64,000 bases of DNA from Spirochaetota bacterium (lineage in GTDB: Bacteria; Spirochaetota; UBA4802; UBA5550): NCBI GenBank assembly GCA_022709405.1, contig JAKLIV010000003.1:1883-65882 (forward strand). Reading direction: 5' to 3'. The translations under genes were made by a program, and so were the position numbers. Positions 53,189 through 63,167 of this stretch are shown here, piece by piece. The notes below the pieces were generated by a model, which searched no databases, was not told the DNA's origin, and saw nothing but the letters and a program-made list of their open reading frames with translations. The number at the start of each line of letters is the position of its first letter. Position 1 is the first letter of the stretch.

Positions 53189-54550
53189 TCATCTTTTATT
53201 TTTTACAGCCAGAATCTGATATGCATGCTCCGGAATAAAAAATACGATGTACTCTGTAATGAGCGATACAATATTCCAGAGCCATGTCGGTTGAGTGCTG
53301 ATTACACCTGATTCATCTCTCAAACGTTTCCAACCCCTTATGCCCTTCAATGAATAACCAAGACGCCTGAAATCATCAGCTTTCCATATTGACTTTTGAA
53401 TTGCGGAATCCCCTATTGGATTTGAATTACCTGCAATACTTCCATTGACTGACACTATCACAACTTTTTTTTGAGCCCACGATTCCATTTTTCGTATTAA
53501 ATCAATCCCTTCTTCCTTCTCGAGGTATTCAAGAATTTCAACTCCGATGACCGCATCATGCCCGCGATATGAATCCGGCATCATGCGCGCATCGGCATGC
53601 ACAACATCGTCATGCAAACCCAATCGCCGGCACTCATCACAGGATTCAGCTGCAATATCAATCCCTTTTGAATATGAAATATTACAGAATTGAACGGGGG
53701 AGCTTATCCCGCAGCCGACATCCAGTATTGAATCGCAATCTGAAATAATTCTTCTCCAAATATTTTCATACGAAAGGATGTTTATGCTCGATATGACCGG
53801 TCCGAAGAATATCACCAGCGAATATATTTTCAAATGCAACCTGGAAATCGTACCCATCAGAGTATATATTTTCGGATACTTGGTTTTATGCTTTAAAAAC
53901 AGTCGCTTTTTGTATTTGTGCAAATTTTTGAATTCCCATATGTGATAGTAAGCCCTTACTGAGCTATGAACACACGGCAGGGGCAAGACATAGGCTCGGT
54001 ATCCATGCCGCTTTACAGACAAGCAATAATCGGCAGCATAGCAGTCCCAACCATCGAACGTAATTCCGTCAAACTTCAATTCATTAAATACACTTCTGGG
54101 GATGATCAGAAGACACTCGTCGAGTGTCTGAACTTCAGCCGGTTCGGTTACAGGCCCGACATTTTTCCATGCTGGATCAGTCCTGTGCATGAATGCGTAC
54201 TTGACTCTTTCCTGCCAGTATTTTCCCCTTTCATAAACGCCCGCTACGCCTCCTATGCCCAGATCAGGAATCCTTAAAAGCATTTTTTCTGCGTCAGAGA
54301 GCCATTCATTGTAGCACAGAAACATATCCTGGTGAAGAAAGATAAAATACTCTCCTTTCGCAATGGTTGCGCCGTAATTCAATGCTTCAGCGGCAGAACC
54401 AAATCTTTTTGTGCGATTGTCCAGCAGGACGAGGTCATAAGGAACCGACTGGCCTTTCAGGCTGCGAAGCAGAGCCTCGTTCAGGATTCTTTCATCATTA
54501 AAGACGCATATAATTGACAGCATTAGCGCCACCTGGTCTCGCTTGAGCAC
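53189..54550 (-). CDS. Bifunctional GT2-like glycosyltransferase + class I methyltransferase
   Basis: N-terminus: 'LSIICVFNDERILNEALLRSL..YDLVLLDN..FLHQDM'. C-terminus: 'ILDVGCGISSP', 'GIDI' and 'HDAVIGVEILEYLEKEEG', with a hydrophobic linker between them. GTG track start; ATG at 54523 is an alternative. Confidence 0.6.
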   Translation of the reverse strand: MLKRDQVALMLSIICVFNDERILNEALLRSLKGQSVPYDLVLLDNRTKRFGSAAEALNYGATIAKGEYFIFLHQDMFLCYNEWLSDAEKMLLRIPDLGIGGVAGVYERGKYWQERVKYAFMHRTDPAWKNVGPVTEPAEVQTLDECLLIIPRSVFNELKFDGITFDGWDCYAADYCLSVKRHGYRAYVLPLPCVHSSVRAYYHIWEFKNLHKYKKRLFLKHKTKYPKIYTLMGTISRLHLKIYSLVIFFGPVISSINILSYENIWRRIISDCDSILDVGCGISSPVQFCNISYSKGIDIAAESCDECRRLGLHDDVVHADARMMPDSYRGHDAVIGVEILEYLEKEEGIDLIRKMESWAQKKVVIVSVNGSIAGNSNPIGDSAIQKSIWKADDFRRLGYSLKGIRGWKRLRDESGVISTQPTWLWNIVSLITEYIVFFIPEHAYQILAVKNKR

Positions 54551-54640
54551 TAAAAGAAAGATATCGGTTCAAACATTTCTTCTATTTGTACCGCTTGTAA
54601 CTCGCTATACCCTTTCCCATTGAGAGGGATAGCGCTGTAT

Positions 54641-56005
54641 TCACATATTCCATATCCATCTGGCTTTTCGTGTTATTATCAGATACGATTGAATCGGAAT
54701 GACAACTGATATGATGCTGATGCATAGAATCGATCCCAATATTACTCCGTTTAAACCAAAACCGGCATCACGGGCGAGAAAAATCGATAACGGAATATTA
54801 AGTGTGCTTATAATTATACCGATTATTATGCTTACATTAAGCTTCCCGGTGCCAGAGACATAACTGCCAAAAATATTATTCCAACTCTGTACAGCTGCAT
54901 GAATCGCCATAAGTACCGTAAGCGTCATAGGAATAATCACTCTGTCTCCAATCCATACATGATAGGCAAATGGAGAGAATAAAACCAATATAAGCAGTCC
55001 AAGACAAAAAAATAGCCATATAAAAATCAATCTTTTAATGGTATAAATAATCCACTTATCATCATTTTTAATATTCGCTTCGGAAAAAGCGGCAAGAGAT
55101 GGGCTGAGCAGCAAGAAAAAAAATGATGCGGCAAAACCCATGTATTGAAAAGAAATATTGTAAGGGGTTACCAGCGCCGGATTGAAAAGTTGTGAAATGA
55201 TTATATTATCAGTCGAATAAATGATAATCATCGTAATCTGAATTATGAAAAATTTAAATCCCATTCCGATTAAAACCTTGCCTAATGGGAGATCGATTTC
55301 CGAGAGCTTCGGCGAAATAGCTTGATACCTTTTTCTGAAAAAAACAAGGTTCAATGTGATATAGACGATGATTTCAGGAATCAAGATCACAATACAAAGA
55401 ACCAACAACGATGATTGAAAAAAGACCCGCGCGATGATCAACGATACAATGACCGCAATGTTTGACAGAAAAGGAAATATTTTTATAAGCCCGACATTCT
55501 GGTCGGCTTCAAGAATATTCATCATGATTGACAATAAAAGCCGCAGTATAAAAGCCATAGCGCAGACAAGCACCGAATATTTGATCTCGCTCTGCATCGA
55601 TATATCGACATTCATCAAATTGCTCCACCCGACAAAAGGATATAAGATCAAAAAAGTAATTAGACATCCTATCGCGATTATACCCACAAAAAAGTAAGTG
55701 GTGCTTACAATCTTTCGTGATGAATGATTGTCTCCGTGAGCAATAGATTCCGCCAGTTTATTTCTCAGACCGCATCCAAGCCCGATATTGAAAACACTGA
55801 TCCAATTGAAGCAGGAACTGACCACGAGCCATATACCGAATCTTTCCTGGTCCAGAAAACCAAGAGCCAGTGGGGTAATGAAAATCGTCCCGCAGAAAGA
55901 AAAACCCTGCAGAACAAGTGACAACGCCACATTCTTTACATACTTCTGATCTCTTTCATGCAGGCGTCGTGATGCGATAAATAATTTGCTGATCATTCTT
56001 GTCAT
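54641..56005 (-). CDS. Wzx-like oligosaccharide flippase (MOP/PST family)
   Basis: 454 aa with about 12 hydrophobic helices. The N-terminus 'KNVALSLVLQGFSFCGTIFITPLALGFLDQERFGIW' resembles Polysacc_synt proteins. Confidence 0.6.
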   Translation of the reverse strand: MTRMISKLFIASRRLHERDQKYVKNVALSLVLQGFSFCGTIFITPLALGFLDQERFGIWLVVSSCFNWISVFNIGLGCGLRNKLAESIAHGDNHSSRKIVSTTYFFVGIIAIGCLITFLILYPFVGWSNLMNVDISMQSEIKYSVLVCAMAFILRLLLSIMMNILEADQNVGLIKIFPFLSNIAVIVSLIIARVFFQSSLLVLCIVILIPEIIVYITLNLVFFRKRYQAISPKLSEIDLPLGKVLIGMGFKFFIIQITMIIIYSTDNIIISQLFNPALVTPYNISFQYMGFAASFFFLLLSPSLAAFSEANIKNDDKWIIYTIKRLIFIWLFFCLGLLILVLFSPFAYHVWIGDRVIIPMTLTVLMAIHAAVQSWNNIFGSYVSGTGKLNVSIIIGIIISTLNIPLSIFLARDAGFGLNGVILGSILCISIISVVIPIQSYLIITRKARWIWNM

Positions 56006-56043
56006 GCTGGAGTATTGTTATTCAGGAAAAAAATGGCATAAAA

Positions 56044-57087
56044 TCAACGCTTCTCAATCGGCGATTTTACTGCCACAAGGTGGATTACCTCCCCGCATCC
56101 TGACCCGAATCGTGTTACAAGATATTCAAACAGCCACATAGAAAGACTAGAAATTCCTTTGAAGGCTTTTCTCAAGAATCCAGGTTCATAAATCCCCTTG
56201 TTCATCCACAGCACCCTGAAGCTCTCATTCCAGACTATGACCGAGGCATTGGCGGGCGTAAACACTTCCTGAATCAGAAAACCGGCGGAAGATACGAGTT
56301 TTGAAAGATTTTCCGGATTATATACATATAGATGCCGCGGCGGCTCCCAGCCGCGCCAGAACTTTCCAAATACCCGCGCGCCCAGGCTTCTGCTGTTGGG
56401 CGTTGAAACGATAAGCTTTCCACCGGGTCTCAGCAATTCGTAACATTTTTCCAGAGCAGCAACCGGTTCAGCCAGGTGTTCAATTACATGAATCATCGTT
56501 ATAACATCAAAAGAACGGGTATTCTCATTATAATCTTCTATTTTACCGATAAAAACCCTTCCCGGCTGCATGTTTTTCGAAGCATGAATTGCCGCGGATG
56601 AATCAAACTCGATACCGTACGTATCCCATCCGAGGAAGCCGAGGCGCCTCAAAAAAATTCCAGATCCGCATCCCACATCGAGAAGCTTTCCACGTTCCCT
56701 GGCATGAAGCCATAGTATCGCGCCTTTGCCTGCCTCGCGCATCGGCCCAAAAAGCGAGAAGATGAATCCCCAGAAACGCTCTGAACGCGTTATCATGATA
56801 TTGACGTATCCCATTGAAACAACGGGTATGCCCCGGCAAATGACACGGACAATCCACTCATTCTCATCGAATTCATCATGTGTATGATAAGAATTATAAA
56901 AAGCAGCAATTTCTTTTCCCGTAGGAGTTGGATGGATCCAGAACAGCCTGCATTCCGGGCACATGGCGAGATCCCACTTTCCCGGGACGTTAAACAGTAC
57001 ATCATTCAATCCTGTGAATTCAACACGACCCGGGGTACCGCATACAATACAGTTCGTCCCTGTTTTCTTTACCATCTTTTTGTTCAT
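56044..57087 (-). CDS. Class I SAM-dependent methyltransferase with N-terminal zinc ribbon
   Basis: 'CIVCGT...CPECRLFW', motif I 'LLDVGCGSGIFL' and 'FDVITMIHVIEHLAEPVAALEKCYELLRPGGKLIVSTP'. Confidence 0.8.
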   Translation of the reverse strand: MNKKMVKKTGTNCIVCGTPGRVEFTGLNDVLFNVPGKWDLAMCPECRLFWIHPTPTGKEIAAFYNSYHTHDEFDENEWIVRVICRGIPVVSMGYVNIMITRSERFWGFIFSLFGPMREAGKGAILWLHARERGKLLDVGCGSGIFLRRLGFLGWDTYGIEFDSSAAIHASKNMQPGRVFIGKIEDYNENTRSFDVITMIHVIEHLAEPVAALEKCYELLRPGGKLIVSTPNSRSLGARVFGKFWRGWEPPRHLYVYNPENLSKLVSSAGFLIQEVFTPANASVIVWNESFRVLWMNKGIYEPGFLRKAFKGISSLSMWLFEYLVTRFGSGCGEVIHLVAVKSPIEKR

Positions 57088-57151
57088 TATGTAAGGATAT
57101 CTATCAATACATCATACAAGTTATGTCAATCAGCATTTTCATCTGAATCAG

Positions 57152-58738
57152 TCAATATGAAATATCGATCACTTGATATGACACATCAGATTTCACAGGC
57201 AGTATAATTTTTGAAATTGCTGAATCTTTATCCGCGAGCAAATTTTTGGCAAGGGCCCGGTTTTCCTCAATGAAGTATACATTCCGACAGTCGAATTTTC
57301 CTTCAAACCGGGCTATCATGTAAATTGCCGCCAATCCGGGAAAATCAAAATTTTTATCCGTCTGGAACGGAACCCTGATGCTTTTTGTCATTTTATTTCG
57401 AAAATATATACTTTCATTCTGTTTTAAATTAGTCGTCCCGGCTTTTAGTTCTTCTACAATTGCATAATATTCATTTTTGCAGTTGACTCCATGCTTGTTA
57501 TAAAAATAGTGCGCAGGAACGAAAGATGCTATGAATATAACAATTAAAAGCAATGTCATTATTGAAATTGGAATAATATTTGATTTAATTTTTTCAGTTT
57601 TTATAAAAAGGGAACATGCTATCCCGAGCAACAAAGCAACCAGAATTGTCATCATATAATAATGCCATGGAGAGACCACAGTGCTTCTGAAAGATAGCTT
57701 TAATACTTCTGAAATCCATGCTTTAGCAAAAGAAAAAATTCCACATGTTACGAGTAAAAGAACCATTAAACCCAGGATCAAATTCCTTTGATAAACAGAT
57801 GACTTAATGAAAACATATACCATGACGGAAGCGAAGAGACCGGTGATGCAATAAGATATTATCAACTCATGGCTGGCATTAATAATGAATGGTCCGATGA
57901 GCAACATACTTACAGCATAGCTCAGTTTTGCAAGAAATAATTTGATTGAAGATATCCAGAATAATGGATTATCATAGGGAAACTCGAAAACAAAAGAATC
58001 TGCTGCACTTCGCCATATAATAATTCTTTGAATAAGTGCATAAATTAAAATCACAAGCAATGCAGGAATAAGCATTATTAATGATGTTCGAATTCTCTTT
58101 TTTAAATGAAAAAGAAAAAAACATGCTGATATGAAAAAAATGACTGCAATTCCTATCCCAACCCCCCAGCTGAAAGCGGATAGAACCAGCAGCACAGACC
58201 AGCGTACAAGCATAAAATTACCAGGAGATTCCGTTCCTCTCGCAAGTTTACTAACATCAACTAAAATCAGCAATAGAAAACAGGTTGCCAGCACATGGCC
58301 ATAAGCAGAAAACCATTCAAGAGTCCCTCTGTTTATTAAAGCAATCCCCCAGAGTGTAGAAAAAAATACCGCCAGCAAATTGTTATCGGTGATTCTTTTA
58401 ATGACTACATATAGAAAAAATACATTAAGAAGATGTGTAATGAAAGCGAGGATAAAATAGTATGATGCCTGCAGGCCAAATAAACAAAAAAAAACGTACA
58501 GAATGACGTGCCTGACCGGCATTATCTGATTTGCAAAAGGATCAAATAGAAACCGCCAGAAACCTGAGTTTGCGGCCCTGTAAAAATACATGTAGTCGTC
58601 AGAAAAAAAATCACCATTCAGGATGGATACCTGCACGACAAATGTGAAGAAAACCGGGATCAGTATTGCATATTTTGTACTGTGATTAAGTAAGAAAATA
58701 ATTACTGGAGGCTTTTCTCTCTTATTTTCCACACCCAC
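57152..58738 (-). CDS. Polytopic membrane protein, GT-C-like (alternative: glycan polymerase/ligase)
   Basis: 528 aa with more than 10 TM segments and the early acidic loop 'FFSDDYMYFY'. It is directly downstream of, and overlapping, the GT2-GtrA synthase gene. Confidence 0.4.
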   Translation of the reverse strand: MGVENKREKPPVIIFLLNHSTKYAILIPVFFTFVVQVSILNGDFFSDDYMYFYRAANSGFWRFLFDPFANQIMPVRHVILYVFFCLFGLQASYYFILAFITHLLNVFFLYVVIKRITDNNLLAVFFSTLWGIALINRGTLEWFSAYGHVLATCFLLLILVDVSKLARGTESPGNFMLVRWSVLLVLSAFSWGVGIGIAVIFFISACFFLFHLKKRIRTSLIMLIPALLVILIYALIQRIIIWRSAADSFVFEFPYDNPLFWISSIKLFLAKLSYAVSMLLIGPFIINASHELIISYCITGLFASVMVYVFIKSSVYQRNLILGLMVLLLVTCGIFSFAKAWISEVLKLSFRSTVVSPWHYYMMTILVALLLGIACSLFIKTEKIKSNIIPISIMTLLLIVIFIASFVPAHYFYNKHGVNCKNEYYAIVEELKAGTTNLKQNESIYFRNKMTKSIRVPFQTDKNFDFPGLAAIYMIARFEGKFDCRNVYFIEENRALAKNLLADKDSAISKIILPVKSDVSYQVIDISY

Positions 58739-59784
58739 TCCATTGATAAACCAAAACCCAGCAATGTGGAGACCCCAATGCCGATGAGGTTAGCGATTAG
58801 ATATGACATGCCCAGCCATGCGAGAAAAATAAGAATAAAATAATTCAGGAAGCCGGTTATTGAACGCGCAATATTAAATTTAAACAACCGAAAAAAATAG
58901 TTGCCGTCTCTGTTCTCCCTGAAGGTCCACAGGTCGTTTAAAATAAAATTTGAAATTATCGAGGCCTCTATCGCTATAATGCTTGAAATCTGGAAATGCA
59001 CCCCATATAAATCTGTTATGCAGTACAGCAGGCCCTCATTCACCATTATACCGGTCAGACCTACAATAATAAACTTGATGAATTTCTCGATCAGATTCAT
59101 TCTCAGGCGCACAACCATCTTTATGAGACCGATGGCCTCTTTAAAAATTTTCGCTTTCGATATCCCCTCTTTTCTGTCGGCGAATACGATAGGAACTTCA
59201 AAAATTTGAAGACCCCTGTTCGTGGAAATGAACAGTATCTCCTCAAGAACATAATATCCGCTTGAGCGGATATTGCTTAAAAATGTCCTGACAGCATATC
59301 CCGAGTAAGCGCGAAACCCGGAGGTATTGTCACGTATACCGGTACTCAGGGAAATCCTTACGGCAAAATTCGTCAAAGCGCTTATTATTCTTCTGAACAG
59401 AGGCCAGTCAAGAATTACGCCGCCCTTTACATACCTGGAGCCAATCGTGATATCATAACCATCCTCGCTTATGGCCTTGATCATCGCTGGTATTGTTTTC
59501 GGATCGTGGCTTCGGTCACCATCCATTGTAATTATTATATCTGCATCCTTGACAAGCTCGAAGCCGTGCTTTAAAGCGGAGCCGTAACCTCGTTCATTTT
59601 TTCTAACATAATGCCGTATTGGAAAAGATCGTGAAAGGTCAGCGAGAATATTTGCAGTATTGTCCGAGGAGTTATCGTCGATAAACACTGCGGTGCAACC
59701 CTGACATACCGAGAATATCTCTTCAACAAGCTGCCTGAGATTCTCTGCCTCATTGTATATAGGTACCAATATTGTAATATTCAT
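58702..59784 (-). CDS. GT2 polyprenyl-phosphate sugar synthase fused to a C-terminal GtrA-like domain
   Basis: 'ITILVPIYNEAENLRQLVEEI..FIDDNSSDNT', 'ITMDGDRSHDP' and 'SGFRAYS'. The C-terminus 'FIKFIIVGLTGIMVNEGLLY..EASIISNFILNDLWTF' is the GtrA signature. Confidence 0.8.
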   Translation of the reverse strand: MNITILVPIYNEAENLRQLVEEIFSVCQGCTAVFIDDNSSDNTANILADLSRSFPIRHYVRKNERGYGSALKHGFELVKDADIIITMDGDRSHDPKTIPAMIKAISEDGYDITIGSRYVKGGVILDWPLFRRIISALTNFAVRISLSTGIRDNTSGFRAYSGYAVRTFLSNIRSSGYYVLEEILFISTNRGLQIFEVPIVFADRKEGISKAKIFKEAIGLIKMVVRLRMNLIEKFIKFIIVGLTGIMVNEGLLYCITDLYGVHFQISSIIAIEASIISNFILNDLWTFRENRDGNYFFRLFKFNIARSITGFLNYFILIFLAWLGMSYLIANLIGIGVSTLLGFGLSMEWVWKIREKSLQ

Positions 59785-59901
59785 ATCCTGAAAAATACGC
59801 TTTCCTTTTAATTATTTTATCCCTTTTATGCAGATGCTTAAATCAGTAAAAGGACATTATTTACAAAGATGTCGCTTCATGGCTGATATAATAATTAAGT
59901 G

Positions 59902-59918
59902 ATCAGCAGTATGCTGAT
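59902..59918 (-). terminator. Perfect 7-bp hairpin 10 nt downstream of the 59928 stop (weak terminator candidate)
   Basis: ATCAGCA-GTA-TGCTGAT. The downstream sequence on the - strand is A/T-rich (CACTTAATTATTA) but has no clean U-tract. Confidence 0.25.
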
Positions 59919-59927
59919 AAAAGTCAA

Positions 59928-61475
59928 TTAATAAACACTTGAACCGGCTAACTGATCAGTTAAATTTTTCTGTTTACCAACCCTTGGTTTAAAAATGACA
60001 CAATCAGCTATTATATCGACTGGATAGTAATGTTCCTTTATGGCTTCAATAACTGAAGGCTGCCAGAATGAGACATTGTAATCTTTTTTTGATGTTTCTA
60101 CCATGATTATTAAACCGAATTCATGCCTCGCTAACGCATCAATAAACGGTTGCTCGCTCCATATTTTCGATTCAACAACATTCTTGAACTCCCATGGCAT
60201 CAAATACAGTGGACGATTATCCAGCGGAATGAGACCTGCATACTGATCCGCCAGAACGTATCCTTCCGCTTGATGTACAAGAGCATTAATACGGGATATA
60301 TCTTCCTCGTGTTCGAGCCGATATTTGGTTGGACTAAAAAAATATTTTTGCGTCCATGGTATCATTGTCTGAATTTGTGTTGCAATAAGGAGTGCAGCAA
60401 TACCGCTTAACAACCGACGATTACCGGCCAAACCAAAAAGACATCCGGCCAGCAGAGAAAATGCCGCTGCATGTTCATATAGATAATTCCATGATGATCC
60501 TTCATTTCCTATCAAAATTGAGACTACAGCAGAACATATAATAAATGGGGCAACAAGCCGCCATGACTTTGTCCGAAAAACTTGTAATAATCCAAGCAGG
60601 CAATACAATACTGCCATGCCAACCAGCAAGGGATATATTATCAACATACCTTCGAAAGACTTTATCATTTTAGCAGCATTGAAATGGCCCCTGGTTGCAG
60701 TTATTGTATTAAAGTAAAAGCTGCCCTCTGTCGTAAAATTGATCAGAACGAACAGCAACAATCCAGGTATACCCACCAGTGCTGCTAGTTCAAGCGCCCT
60801 GCGGGGAGATCGTTCGTAATACAACCAGATAAAGATGGTCAGAGGCATTGCAAATCCATATGACTGTTTCGTATATATGCTTCCCAACAGAAGTAATCCT
60901 GTAGCAATTATTCCATACCGACTCCCACCCCACTGTACAGCAGTGTACATTGCTGCACACGAAAGAAACAGGGCCAGTGAATCGACTCGCGCGAACATCG
61001 AAAATCCTGCGATATATGGAAAACATAAAAGCGTGATCCCACCGATAACCCCAGCCAAACGTTTTCCTGTCAGGGAATGAATAGTAAGTCCAATAAAAAC
61101 GGAACTTGCCAGAATACTCAGTATTGATATCGCCCGGCCATACCACATTGCAGGGCCGAACAGCCAGGCAAACGGCACCTGGATCAGCGGATACACCGGC
61201 GGATAGTTGGCTATTGCATATGGAGGGCCGCAAGTATGTGGTGTGCTGGTGTAAATCGATTTAAACCGCGAAAGTAACATCACCTTGTCGAGCAACTGGC
61301 CCTCTCCGTAATCAAGGGGATAAGGAAATCTCAATGAAGCCCAATTGATTTTGAGGAACTCCAAAACTGCTATCGCCTGATTATATAATAAATATACGCA
61401 CACCCCGACAAATATTACAACAGGCCATGACTTCTTAATGAACGGCTTTATATTGTCTATGACCACTTCTTTCAT
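59928..61475 (-). CDS. Polytopic membrane protein, GT-C-like, tandem paralogue 1
   Basis: 'LRFPYPLDYGEGQLLDK' (acidic first loop), 'YPPVYPLIQVPFAWLFGPAMWYGRAISILSILAS' and more than 10 TM segments. Colinear with 61472..63058. Confidence 0.45.
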   Translation of the reverse strand: MKEVVIDNIKPFIKKSWPVVIFVGVCVYLLYNQAIAVLEFLKINWASLRFPYPLDYGEGQLLDKVMLLSRFKSIYTSTPHTCGPPYAIANYPPVYPLIQVPFAWLFGPAMWYGRAISILSILASSVFIGLTIHSLTGKRLAGVIGGITLLCFPYIAGFSMFARVDSLALFLSCAAMYTAVQWGGSRYGIIATGLLLLGSIYTKQSYGFAMPLTIFIWLYYERSPRRALELAALVGIPGLLLFVLINFTTEGSFYFNTITATRGHFNAAKMIKSFEGMLIIYPLLVGMAVLYCLLGLLQVFRTKSWRLVAPFIICSAVVSILIGNEGSSWNYLYEHAAAFSLLAGCLFGLAGNRRLLSGIAALLIATQIQTMIPWTQKYFFSPTKYRLEHEEDISRINALVHQAEGYVLADQYAGLIPLDNRPLYLMPWEFKNVVESKIWSEQPFIDALARHEFGLIIMVETSKKDYNVSFWQPSVIEAIKEHYYPVDIIADCVIFKPRVGKQKNLTDQLAGSSVY

Positions 61476-63058
61476 CTGCTCGTTGTACTCTTTGGTCTAT
61501 ATACAAGAGTGTTACCTATTTTTTCGGAGATATAGTAATATTCACTAATGCTCTTCAAGGCCTCAGTGGTCCAAAACCTGATATAAAAACCTCCATCTGG
61601 TACATCCTCAATGAGAAAAAGTCCAAATTCATGCTTTGCAATCGCAACAAGAAAAGATTGTTCGCTCCAGATGTGTGATTCAACCGCATTCTTAAACTCC
61701 CATGGCATCAGATACAACATGCGATTATCTAAGGGAATGAGGCCGGAATACTGGTCTGCTAGTACATACCCTTTTGCTTCATGCACCAGCCAAGCCATAC
61801 GCGCGATACTTTCTCGATGATCAAGCTTGTACTGGACTGGAACTAAAAAAAAATCCTTTGTCCAAAAAATCATTATCTGAATCTGTAATCCGAGAAGAAA
61901 GGCGATAGCACCACTTATACATTTTCGTTTTCCGGGAAGATCAAATAGACATCCTGCAATTAAAGCAAAAGCAACTGAGTGTTCGAATAAATAATTCCAT
62001 GATGCCCCAGTCTTGCCAATTAAAATCGCAGTAACCAATGAACCGATAAAAAAAGGTGCCACAAGCCACCAGGATATTGGTCGATGGTTATCCCATATTC
62101 CAATAATGCAATAAAAGAATGCCCCAATATACAAAAGTGGATGAATAGCAAGAAGCATATTTTTCAAATAGTACAATACATTCCAAAGTGTAAAATCGCT
62201 TATCGTAGCACTAACAAGATTAAAGTAAAAACTCCCATTTGTCACAACATTGATCAGCCCGAACAGCAGTAATCCAGGTATTGCCACCAGTGCTGCTAGC
62301 TCAAAGGCCCTGCGGGGCGAATGCTCATGGTACAGCCAGACAAACGCTGCCATGGGTGTTACAAATCCATATGACTGCTTTGAATATATGCTCGCGAGCA
62401 ACAAGGCGGCCGTAGCTACCACTCCCCTGAGTGTTCCCCCCCAGCGAACAACTGTATATAGAGCCGCACATGCAAAGCCAAGTGCCAGTGAATCAACTCG
62501 CACGAACATCGAAAAACCGGTTATATAGGGAAAACATAACAATGTGAGACCGCCGATCAATCCGGCAAATTTATTCCTCGTAAGTTCATGCACGGTCAAC
62601 CCGATAAAAATCGCACTCGCGAGAATGCTCAGTATTGATATCGCCCGGCCATACCACATTGCAGGTCCAAACAGCCAGGCAAAAGGCACCTGGATCAGCG
62701 GATACACCGGCGGATAGTTGCATATTGCATAGGGAGGACCAGATATTCCAGGATGGCTGGTATAAATCGATTCAAGCCGGGACAAGAGAAGGACCTTGTC
62801 AAGCAACTGGCCTTCCCCATAATCGAGAGGATACGGAAACCTGAATGATATCCAGTTGATTCGCAAAAACTCCCAAAACCCATTTGCCTGCTGATAACAC
62901 AAGTAACAGCATGCAACAATAAATAGTAGAAGTGGCATCCATTTCTTAATACTTCTAAACCTTGTGTTAAACGTGAAAGGTATTGTCATATAAAACCGGT
63001 CACATACTATCAATGAGGTTAAAGCGTAACATATGGTATTACAATGAAAATCAAACAA
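61472..63058 (-). CDS. Polytopic membrane protein, GT-C-like, tandem paralogue 2
   Basis: 'FRFPYPLDYGEGQLLDK' and 'YPPVYPLIQVPFAWLFGPAMWYGRAISILSILAS'. There is a 4-nt overlap with paralogue 1. Confidence 0.45.
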   Translation of the reverse strand: MFDFHCNTICYALTSLIVCDRFYMTIPFTFNTRFRSIKKWMPLLLFIVACCYLCYQQANGFWEFLRINWISFRFPYPLDYGEGQLLDKVLLLSRLESIYTSHPGISGPPYAICNYPPVYPLIQVPFAWLFGPAMWYGRAISILSILASAIFIGLTVHELTRNKFAGLIGGLTLLCFPYITGFSMFVRVDSLALGFACAALYTVVRWGGTLRGVVATAALLLASIYSKQSYGFVTPMAAFVWLYHEHSPRRAFELAALVAIPGLLLFGLINVVTNGSFYFNLVSATISDFTLWNVLYYLKNMLLAIHPLLYIGAFFYCIIGIWDNHRPISWWLVAPFFIGSLVTAILIGKTGASWNYLFEHSVAFALIAGCLFDLPGKRKCISGAIAFLLGLQIQIMIFWTKDFFLVPVQYKLDHRESIARMAWLVHEAKGYVLADQYSGLIPLDNRMLYLMPWEFKNAVESHIWSEQSFLVAIAKHEFGLFLIEDVPDGGFYIRFWTTEALKSISEYYYISEKIGNTLVYRPKSTTSR

Positions 63059-63167
63059 TACTTATATTCATCCATTGTGGTTTGCATCATGGGAGTTTAC
63101 ATTACATATAATTGAAAACAATATATAAATTTTTCTAATCTGATTTAATAATAAACCAAATCGAAAA

